The translations under genes were made by a program, and so were the position numbers. Shown piece after piece: positions 24,782 through 33,993 of a stretch of 64,000 nucleotides of DNA. The notes beneath the pieces were generated by a model that worked only from the letters and a program-made list of their open reading frames with translations, was not told the origin of the DNA and did no database searches. How positions within the stretch are numbered: the stretch's first letter is position 1; each line of letters opens with the position of its first letter. The stretch comes from Nitrospirota bacterium (GTDB lineage: Bacteria > Nitrospirota > Nitrospiria > Nitrospirales > NS-4). The DNA lies in assembly GCA_963788195.1 (NCBI GenBank), contig CAWBGA010000017.1, forward strand, positions 768,001 through 832,000. The letters are read 5' to 3'.

Positions 24782-27143
24782 ATGGACACCCCAAAGAACA
24801 GCACAATGAAATCCCCCGGCAGACGTACGGTTTTACTTTTATCCGTCATTGTGATTGCAGTAGCCGCAAGTCTTGGAACCTTTCGCGTGCTTTCGAAAAG
24901 CCAGGAACAGCCGACCGAGCATCACCATCTTGTTTCCCCAAGCGCGGTCCGCCCCAATGCGAGCCTATTGGAAGCCGCGGAGGCCGCGAACTATGATGTG
25001 AAGGACCTTTATGAGCAGGTCGTGCGCCAATGCCCGGCGAGCGAACTTCCATGCTTCCAGAAGGTCTTACTTGGGATCACGGAAAAGAATGGCCCGCGGG
25101 CGTCTTTTGACGTCTTGCACAGACTCCAGGACCAGAAGCTGGTCAGCTTAGCCGCCGACGATCATCATTTCGCCCATGAGATCGGGCAAAAAACCGCCGA
25201 GCGGTTCGGTATTAACGGTCGTGCTTTTCTCCTGTGCCCGACATTCTTTAATTACGGCTGCCAGCATGGGTTTTTTCAATATGCGCTTGGCCAGACAAAG
25301 GCCACGGACAGCGCCGCACGTTTGATTTGCGGCTCGCTCGATCAATCGTATTCCCTGAAATTCATCTTCTATTGCTATCACGGCGTCGGGCACGGCGTTC
25401 TCATGGCACAGAACTACGATTTGGCTAAAGCCCTAGCCGCGTGCGATACGCTGGAAACCCACAACGGACAGGACGGCTGCTGGCAAGGCGTATTTATGGA
25501 AAATGTAAACGCCAGCCTGAAAGGCAGCACGCTGCGACAGGGTTTTTCACGGACCGATCCACTCGCGCCCTGCAATGTCGTCGCAGAGAAATACCGGCAA
25601 GAATGTTTCATCAACCATGCCGGCTGGCTGATGAAGTTTTTCGAAAACAATGTCACAAAAGCCGCCGACGCCTGCCTGAAGGCTCCGGATCCATACGTGT
25701 CGGCGTGCCTGCAAAGCATCGGTCTTATGGTGACCAATCCTGCCTGGCAGCCCTCGCTGGCAGATCATACCGATGGGAAAAAGCCTCGAGATCATTGCAT
25801 GGGACCTATGCCGGAGATTTCCTCGAGACCATCGAGAATCCTGCGTAATCGGCGCAATTGACAACATTTTGAATTTCGACGAAGTCGAAGTCTCACGGGC
25901 CAAAACGTTTTGCAATACGGTGGATTCCGCCTATCGAAAGATCTGCTATCAGCGCGTTGGATTTGCCTTGAGGAACCAGGCTACCGACACTGAGGTGGTT
26001 CGGGGAAAGTGCGTGACGTTAGAGGGCGCAGACGCGGCGGCATGTTTTCAAGGGGCCGGCCAGGAGATGCCATCGAGCACCGCGGCCACCGCGCCGAAAC
26101 ATCCAATTCACGGAAGTGCAAGCCTAAGGGCCGCTGAAGCCCCGCAGACAGACGGAGATGATATTTTCAAGAACGATGAGGCCCTCTATGCGTACGTAAG
26201 ACGTCATGGGCTACTGCAGACAGTTACCCGCTTACACACCCTTGGATTGGCAGGCGGCGACTGTCATGTGCCGGCCCATAAGGCCGGCCGGTTTGCATAC
26301 AGTATCTTTTCTATGAAAGTGTTCAGCTCCATTCCCGGCGAATGTCATGCCGGCGGCTTTCACGGGGCCGTGGAAGCCTACTTCAAGGAACGCGGCACAA
26401 CGCATCTCGCGGACGACGTGAAGGTCATCTGCCGGTCTGAGTTGAACCACTTTTACAGTCACCAATGCGTGCACGGGATCGGGCATGGCCTGATGGCCGC
26501 CGCCAACCACGAACTCCCCGAAGCGTTGGAAAAGTGCAACGCGCTCAACAAAAAGATGCACGACTCCTGCTGGTCGGGCGTGTTCATGGAAAACATCGTC
26601 GGCGGGCTCGGCGGTCATGAGGGGCATGGCGCACACACGACGAAATATTTGAATGACGATCCGCACTATCCCTGCACTATGGTTGCTGAAAAATATAAAT
26701 CGGCGTGTTATTTTTACCAACCCAGCCGCATGATGCAATTGTTCGCGGCTGATTTTCGACGCGTCGGATTAGCGTGCGCGAACGCCCCGGCACAGTTCCA
26801 GGATTCCTGCTTCCAAAGCATGGGGCGGGAAGTGGGGGGTGTGCATAGAGGCCGGGTGGCCGGCGCGATTCAGTCCTGTACTCACGCCCCAAAAGATGCG
26901 CCTCGAATCAATTGCTTGATCGGGGCCGTGCAAAACAGCTTTTGGGACCCCTCCGGACAAGAACCTGCTCTTACGTTTTGCGCACTCCTGAATGCCAAGG
27001 CGGAAAAAGACGCGTGTTACGAAACGATTTTCAGCCGCGCGCCGCAGATTCTTCCAACCATGCGGGAGATGCAAGACTTCTGCGCGAAAGCTGAAGCTCC
27101 CTATCGAACGTCCTGCCTGAAAAAGAGAACGGTCTTCAGTTAG
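24782..27143 (+). CDS. Membrane-anchored/secreted protein with two tandem Cys/His-motif domains, unknown function (one frameshift near 25775)
   Basis: N-terminal TM helix. Each domain has HxxAHxxG, Cx4G(C/F)xHG, CxHGxGHG and CWxGVFMEN motifs. ORFs 24719-25861 and 25773-27143. Confidence 0.75.
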
Positions 27144-27362
27144 GGTCGGCTCGCCTCGCGTCCTCAGGATTAATTCCCCATTCCCGCCAGGGACGGAAAG
27201 CGCAAAACTAGAGGTCTGTTGGCTGTTAATCATCAGGTTTGAACCGTAATTATAGCTAGGTAATTTATCTATGATGGTCGCTACTGAAGTGTTAGACTTC
27301 CCTATAGGCTCTTCGCGTCTTGCGCTGTCCCGCGAGGGCCTCTCGGTAAGCCAGGCAGTTCA

Positions 27363-28863
27363 ATGAAATTCTCCTTCAAGCGCCCAGTTTTAATTGTTGC
27401 GATCGTGGGAGTTCCTTACTCGGCACTCTCATAATCTTTGCGGTGATTTTCAAAAGCCCGCAGCCTTCAGCACTGTCCCCCGTGAATGAGCATGCTGTTT
27501 CGACGGCCAGCGCCGGGAACAACGGCACGAAGACACCCGAGGCCATCGCATGGGATCTGTGCCTCCAATTTCCCCGGGGTCACCGTGACCAATGCGTATT
27601 CGGCGCCATTGACAACATTTTGAATTCTGACGAAGTGGAGGTCGCACGGGCCAAAAGTTTTGCATACGGTGGATTCCGCCTATCGAAAGGTTTGCTATCA
27701 CCGTATTGGATATGCGTTGAGGACCCATGCCACCGACCCTCGGTGGTTCTGGGAAAATGCGTGACTTTAGAGGGCGCAACCGCGCAGCGTGTTTTCAAGG
27801 GGCCGGCAGGAGATGCCATCCAGCACTGCGGCCACTACAGCGAAACGTCCAATTCAAGGAAGCGCAAGCGTACGGCCGCTGAAGCCCCGCAGAGAGACGG
27901 AGAAGATATATTCAAGAACGATGAGGCACTCAATGCGTACGTGAGACGTCACGGTCTACAACAGACAGTTACCCGCTTGCACACCCTTGGATTGGCAGGC
28001 GGCGACTGCCATGAGCCGGCCCATAAGGCCGGGCGGTTCGCTTATGAAATCTCGCCATGGAAGCATTCCGATCTCTGCCCCGCGAATGTCATGCGGCGGC
28101 TTCCACGGAGCGGTTGAAGCCATTTCAAAGAGCGCGGGACCGCGCAGCTTGCCGACGATGTGGGTCATCTGCCGGGCAGAACTGAACGCTTATAACAGTG
28201 AACAATGCGGGCACGGGATCGGCCACGGCCTCATGGCCGCCACGAATTACGAACTGCCTGTCGCGTTAGAACAGTGCAATGAACTCACCGACGAGATGCA
28301 CGACTCCTGCTGGTCTGGGGTGTTCATGGAAAACATCCTGGGCTATCGTGACGGTCATATCCCGCATACCACGAAGTACGTGAATGATGATCCGCAGTAT
28401 CCGTGTACCATTGTTGCCGACATATACAAAAAGGAGTGTTATCTTTACAACCGGCCCGTATGATGCAGTTATTCGCCGGCGATTTTCGCCGGGTCGCTGC
28501 CTCCTGCGCAAACCGCTGCTGTGAATATCAAGACAGGTGTTTTGAAGGCATGGGGCGGGGAGCGAGCGGGGCATCTAAGGGCAAGCCCAACGTGACGATT
28601 CAGTCATGTCGCCAAGCACGGACGGGGAGCCGCGGGTGCGCTGCTTGATAGGGGCAGTGAAAAAAAGTTTTTGGGACCCGGCCGAGCAGGACACGCGCTT
28701 ACGTTTTGCACACTCCTGAAAGCCAAGGCGGAAAAAGACGCGTGTTACGAAACGATTTTCATCGGCGCGCCGGAGATTCTCTCCAGGGGGGAGATTCAAT
28801 CTTTTGTGCGAAAGCGGAGGCCCGCTATCGACGTTCCTGCTTAAAAAAGAGAACGGTATTTAA
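27363..28863 (+). pseudogene. Paralogue of the C-terminal part of the preceding Cys/His protein, with its own signal sequence; heavily frameshifted
   Basis: Near-identical segments such as AIDNILNxDEVEVxRAK, DIFKNDEALxAYVRRHGL, GLAGGDCHxPAHKAGRFAY, MHDSCWSGVFMENI and SCLKKRTVF. Many indels, so pseudogene versus polishing error is unresolved. Confidence 0.6.
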
Positions 28864-30226
28864 CTTCCCCATTCGCGCCAGCTTCCGGACAGCGGGAAGA
28901 CTGTCGGAAGTCCGTGAAAGAACCCACGGCCCATGTCATAGTTGTACCAACTTTCCACGAGCCCTCCGCCAGTCAGTCCCTGTTCAGCCACCAGTGAACC
29001 GAAGATCCGCACTTGTTTGTCCGTAGAGACAGTACCCGCGGCATGGAGAACTCCCTGAACATTGACAGTCGAAATACGCACCGGGACACGGGAGCCTGGA
29101 TTGCTTGTCCCATCCGATGGCGGGGACAAAGCCGAAATCGTTTTGCCATCACCTTGAGGATTCAGCACGATATGCGCATTCACAAAGAATACGCCTTCCA
29201 TGTAGGGGGAATTCACGACGAGCGTCGGCAGGTTATCCGATGAGGGAGGCGCGGTATCCAGTGTGTCGACAAAGATCAATCCGGAGGGGAGTCCGTTATT
29301 GCCGAAGACCTCATCCGGTGTTTGAGCCATCGCGGGATCCATGACGCCATCCCGATAGAGTCGCCCTGAATGATCAGGGACATAGTACGACCCCGATTTT
29401 ATTGCCAGGTCTTTAAATTTTTGATACCGCCACGGGTCGATAGGCAAGCCCAGGGATCGGGTCCTGATGTGCATGGACATTGGAAGGAGGGCCTGACTCA
29501 ACATCGTCAAACTGCGCGACCCCGCCGACGTAGACTTCCAGCCATCTGTCCTCCAGAAGGGTACCCGCTTCACCATACCCGACCCCTGTCACCGCTGCGC
29601 GGGCGGATCTTCTTGGAGTTTGATCGCTTCGGCCCAAGGATATGTCGCCGGTGATCCTGATCGGGCCCCAGTGTGCCATCACACGGGGTGTTGTCTCCCC
29701 GATTATCCGAGGCCGTCCTCCCAGTTGAACAGCAGCCCCCAACGGGGCGATATTCGTGGCGCCCAATTCCAGGGACACGGACCGGCGCACACCACCTACG
29801 GCTTTAGACGTCACTTCAACGGCGCAGAGTCCCTCCGGGCGTCTAGATGCATATACGATGATTCGTTCAATCCGTCCGATTTCGCCCAGAGTCTCGAAAG
29901 ACTCCGACGGAAGCATCATGCAGGAACCTATCATTCTCAGCGAGAACGGCATCATAGGAAACATCCGGCTTGGCGGCTGTGCCGGTAAAGGCTGGTAGAC
30001 TGACGCCTTCGTAACCGGGAAGCTGCCCATGATTCAACCAGGCAACGACCTGTTCCACCCCACTCTCCGCCAGCAGACGAGCAGAAGATTCCTTGATCTG
30101 ACGCCCGGCGCCTTCGGTTTCTGTCATTGCAAAGTTAATGGCCACCCCTCCTAATAGCGAAAGAAGCAATGCCAAGAGAAGTGTCGTAAGCAGTACCGCC
30201 CCTTTTTCAGTCCACCGGCTGCTCAT
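28860..30226 (-). CDS. Long PilX-like minor pilin of cluster 2 (frameshifted)
   Basis: EKGAVLLTTLLLALLLSLLGG...ARLLAESGVEQ; C-terminus VQGVLHAAG...IFGSLVAEQ...SGSWREW. Confidence 0.75.
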
Positions 30227-30971
30227 AATGCCCTCACTCCCATATCCTGGCGGTAGGTTCGAACAGATTCGTCCCCCGCGTCCATTAACTCCGCTCGTTC
30301 GAATCTGCAGATGCACCAGACGAACGTCTTCCTTTCGATCAGCCGATCTCCCGTCGCCTCTGAGAAACGATAAGGAGAACTCTTCGACGTGCTCGATGAG
30401 GGGATTCGCTCCATGATCCACCTCACGCATTAACTTGTGATTGCCTCGATAACGTTTTGCTTAAGTAATAACGGATCTCATTGATCACCTCCGCCTGGCT
30501 GCCGGCAGGAAAATCATGAAGGATGGGGTCCGACAATGTCAGATGCCCTGCTGTGCCATCGCGGGCGAGAAGGTGCTCTTCGCATGTCAAAGCGCTGCAA
30601 AAGCGAACTGTTTTGCCGCGCCTCCAACCTTGGCTTGAGGTCACGTGCACAGAAGTCTGCCCCTGAGGGACGTGATCCAATACGGTCCCCCGCACAGCAT
30701 TAACGTTCGCCCTGAACCCCACTCCATCCGCTTGCATCGAAGTAATAGGAGCAGCAAGTCGTAACTCGGCGCCCATCAGATTAACACCGGCGCGCAGGTC
30801 TTGCTGCATTTCGGTTTTCCCAGCCTCAGCGAGAAAATATCCGTGGTGAAGAACAAACGCTTGGAGTGCCGCAGAGGTAATGATTAGGCCCAACGCCGCG
30901 GCAATCATTGTCTCCAAGAGCGATGATCCGTGTTCAGCGTTGCCTTTCGACCGAGACAGCCACGGGTTCAT
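30223..30971 (-). CDS. PilW-like minor pilin of cluster 2 (frameshifted near 30440)
   Basis: EHGSSLLETMIAAALGLII...QQDLRAGVNLMGAELRLA...IRYYL, then MREVDHGANPLIEHVEEFSLSF. Confidence 0.75.
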
Positions 30972-31429
30972 AATGATCCTCCGCTGTACACAGGGTTGGC
31001 ACGACGAAGACCAAATCGAACCGTTCGAGGGCGACCGTCGGGGTCCTTCCAGTCGGCTGTCACTTTGATCGTCGCCGCCCTTGACCGGACCAACTGCGGC
31101 TGATCAAGAATCAATGTGTAGGTCAGCAGAATGTGCTGGATTGTCTGCTGTCCTAAAAACACGCCTGCATCTTTTTCTTCGAATACCAGATCTGCCGTTC
31201 CGTCGCCGTCAAAATCAGGAGCACTTAACGACTGATACGGTACCGATCGCAACACTTCGATTCTGCTTTCAACTAACGCCGTCATAGCTAAGCTTTTGGC
31301 GGCAGCCGCTGTGCTTTTTTCAGTTACGGCGAACATTCCAAAGCTTCCAGTCAAGACAATTGAAAGGATGGACATGGAGACAAGTACCTCCGCCAGCGTG
31401 CAGCCGTGATCCTCCTTCCAGCTCCTCAT
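30968..31429 (-). CDS. PilV-like minor pilin of cluster 2
   Basis: DHGCTLAEVLVSMSILSIVL...IEVLRSVPY...IKVTADW; overlaps its neighbours by ATGA. Confidence 0.78.
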   Translation of the reverse strand: MRSWKEDHGCTLAEVLVSMSILSIVLTGSFGMFAVTEKSTAAAAKSLAMTALVESRIEVLRSVPYQSLSAPDFDGDGTADLVFEEKDAGVFLGQQTIQHILLTYTLILDQPQLVRSRAATIKVTADWKDPDGRPRTVRFGLRRANPVYSGGSL

Positions 31430-31884
31430 CGGGCACGCACGATGCCGGTCAGGCTGACGGTGACGACCCGGCGATCGCCATTGCGCCCTTCTAAGGTCAA
31501 GGTCGTAGGCGTGGCGCTCGTCCCGTATGGGCTGAACGATAAGGATGCTCCGCCGGTTGAATGCATGACGCGCACACTCCGTTGACTCAAAAAACGCGGA
31601 GCTTGCACGGGCTTCGTGGAATCGCCATTACGCAGGAGCGTGACAGTAATCTGACCTGTATCGAGCGAGACTTCGATAGGTTGTCGTTCCTCCATAGCAA
31701 GAATCCTCGCATAACGAAGATCTCCTACGACTTCTGAGGTTGCGGCTTGGAGGTTTACATGATCTACCATGCCCTGAAGTCCCGAGGCCATAAGCCCCAA
31801 TAACAGTCCCGCAACTGCAACCGAGACCATCAGCTCGGTAATCGTGGTGCCTGTTTCACCGATCTTTGTTATCCGCTTTGACAT
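31426..31884 (-). CDS. FimT/GspH-like minor pilin, first gene of cluster 2
   Basis: AGAAGGAG RBS; ETGTTITELMVSVAVAGLL...DLRYARILAM...FSPYGTS...VTVSLTGIVR. Confidence 0.8.
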   Translation of the reverse strand: MSKRITKIGETGTTITELMVSVAVAGLLLGLMASGLQGMVDHVNLQAATSEVVGDLRYARILAMEERQPIEVSLDTGQITVTLLRNGDSTKPVQAPRFLSQRSVRVMHSTGGASLSFSPYGTSATPTTLTLEGRNGDRRVVTVSLTGIVRAR

Positions 31885-31927
31885 CGTTGCTTCTCCTTCT
31901 CGCTGCACTGTGGATGATGACAGCAAT

Positions 31928-31943
31928 GTCAATATTTGTGCCT
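31928..31943 (-). promoter_or_regulatory. Putative sigma54-like promoter of pilin cluster 2
   Basis: Minus strand AGGCAC-AAATA-TTGAC, about 45 bp upstream of the start. Confidence 0.4.
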
Positions 31944-32366
31944 TCCTGTCAAAGGATCGTACCTACAGCATCAGCATGGCCTGCGCTGAGCTCGAGCTGT
32001 AGCGCGGTCAGGATCCATGCGGGCGGCCGGGAAACGACACGTCGCGGGCTGCACGGCTACTGGTTATATTCGTTTTCGCAACGCCATGCCGCTTCACAAG
32101 AACAACCCACACATGAACGGTTGTGCAGAGATAGAACGTCATCATTCAGACGTCCTTGCTTCCGTTAGTAGGGGGTTTCCTGGATGCCAGGGGTAGAGAG
32201 CCCCTGCGCACCGAGTGAGTACTAGGCCGGAAGTGTCACTGGAACCACTGGTCATAAACACTGGGAGACTAGCGAAGAATACTAGGCTGGAGAACCCTTA
32301 TGGAATGGCATTCACCTGGAACGATGCGTCAATCCTTCGCACAACACGTGGGCGTAACAGCAACTC

Positions 32367-32702
32367 CTACGGTCGTGACCAATTAATATGTGATACTCGC
32401 TCCCCTCCAAACGTGAGTTCGATGATCCAGTGATCGGCAGTAGAGTAGACCCACGTGGCCGCCCGGGCACGTTTAAACATGTGGCGGGGAGGACCTGCAT
32501 GGCTGATGACTTCCCCTTTGGTCATGCCCGTCGAAAGCATCCGCATAACTTCAAAGGATATTTCATGACTGCTGTCCTTGACTGTGCTCTGAGAAGGCTT
32601 CGAATACGTCCGGCGCTCGCTTTTCGCATCCGCGGGGCTCACGGCCCACGTAAATAACGAGACACTGATCGCCATGACTAAGATCGCAATCGCATTCATC
32701 AC
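32367..32702 (-). CDS. Small secreted protein with a SmpA/OmlA(BamE)-like motif
   Basis: GGAGG RBS; signal peptide ending ADA; LSTGMTKGEVISHAGPP...TWVY...LTFGGERV. Confidence 0.7.
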   Translation of the reverse strand: MMNAIAILVMAISVSLFTWAVSPADAKSERRTYSKPSQSTVKDSSHEISFEVMRMLSTGMTKGEVISHAGPPRHMFKRARAATWVYSTADHWIIELTFGGERVSHINWSRP

Positions 32703-32776
32703 TAACCTCCCTGGTTAAATTGTGCACCCACAGATTGTGGGTCGTTACTGCTTTGTTTGTTCTGCTGCCACAGACA

Positions 32777-32792
32777 TACAAAAGCCGTGCCT
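32777..32792 (-). promoter_or_regulatory. Putative sigma54-like promoter
   Basis: Minus strand AGGCAC-GGCTT-TTGTA upstream of the small secreted protein gene. Confidence 0.5.
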
Positions 32793-32976
32793 GTGAACGA
32801 ATCCAGCAGGATTAGAGCGCGGTTAGTGGAAGTCCTGTAGCAGTTTTTGAATCACCCTGAACGCCAGTTCACTGGGGCAATGGGCAATGCTCTTCAGGAA
32901 CCATTGCCCACTTTAGAAATATCATGTAACGCGCTACTGCCTGGAAGCTGATAGAGAGCGTGATGATGCTTCGCCC

Positions 32977-33993
32977 TTACCGAGCGGCAGCAAGCTGGTC
33001 GAAGGAGCGGAAGCCGATGCCGAGCGCCTTTAAAATCAAATACTGTTTGTCGAAGCGGTTCGTGGTTCGCAAGATGTTCTTAAAGGCCAGCAGCGGGACG
33101 CGTCCCCAACACGGAAAATGGAACACCGCCAGCGGATAATCGGTGCCGAACAACAACCGGTCGGACAGTTCGGGATGATGGCGCAGTCGGAGCAGCATAC
33201 CAAACCGGTTGGGGTGGGTCAGCGCGGAGAGATCGGTGTAGAAGCGCGGATACCGCCGGGCCAGTTCCAACAAGGTGGGATAGAACTTCTCGTAGAAGAA
33301 TAGCCCTCGGCTGCAGCCGTGCGCCGCGATTACGGTGACCCCTTCCTCCAGCGCCACGCGTAAGCGATTCGGGTCTCCCGCCGATTGATCCTTTCCACCA
33401 AGACTGAACTCGTATCCAACATGGCTCAGTAGGGGAATCCGACGATGCGCCATGGCCTTGTAAAACGGAATGAATGACCGGTCACAAGGATCAAACCCTT
33501 GGATATTGGGCAGAACCTTTACTAATGCAGCGCCGGCTTCCACGCAACGGTCCAACTCCTCAATTGCATCGCGCCGTCGGGGATTGATTGAGACTCCTGG
33601 CAAGAACTCATTGGGATGGCGCCTGGCTATGTCCAACACGTAATCATTGCCGATCAAGAAATCCGTCTCGCCTAGGTCTAGCTTTCCATCTCGTCCATAG
33701 ACCCCATCCATGCCCAACAGAATCGCCTTGCCGACGTATTGTGAGCGTGCAAGCTCGTCCCGAAGCTGGTTCACGTATTTTTGGTTGCAGCTTTCGGGGT
33801 CCGTCGCCTTTAGATCATGTTTCCACAACAGAAAGCGAAACAGCGGACTGTGAAGCATTCCGCGAGAGATGTGGCAGCCGTTCGGGCCATCTGGAAGTGC
33901 GGCTAAGTGAACGTGACAGTCTATGATTTTTGCGGGAAGCGAAGCGACAGCGGCCGGATCCGCTGCGTCGGCCTCCAATGCTGATGGCGTCAT
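32977..33993 (-). CDS. Amidohydrolase_2 family metal-dependent hydrolase
   Basis: IIDCHVH, LLSHVG, IAAHG, YTDLSAL and LLFGTDYP motifs. Confidence 0.9.
   Translation of the reverse strand: MTPSALEADAADPAAVASLPAKIIDCHVHLAALPDGPNGCHISRGMLHSPLFRFLLWKHDLKATDPESCNQKYVNQLRDELARSQYVGKAILLGMDGVYGRDGKLDLGETDFLIGNDYVLDIARRHPNEFLPGVSINPRRRDAIEELDRCVEAGAALVKVLPNIQGFDPCDRSFIPFYKAMAHRRIPLLSHVGYEFSLGGKDQSAGDPNRLRVALEEGVTVIAAHGCSRGLFFYEKFYPTLLELARRYPRFYTDLSALTHPNRFGMLLRLRHHPELSDRLLFGTDYPLAVFHFPCWGRVPLLAFKNILRTTNRFDKQYLILKALGIGFRSFDQLAAAR

Noticed and set aside
24455..27270. Similar AT-rich words at about 24457-24474 (inverted) and about 27246-27265 as terminal repeats of an inserted element
   Set aside because: The match is short and gapped in AT-rich DNA, and there is no target duplication or transposase.
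24782..28863. Multiheme cytochrome c interpretation of the Cys/His proteins
   Set aside because: The motifs are CxHG and HxxAH, not CxxCH.
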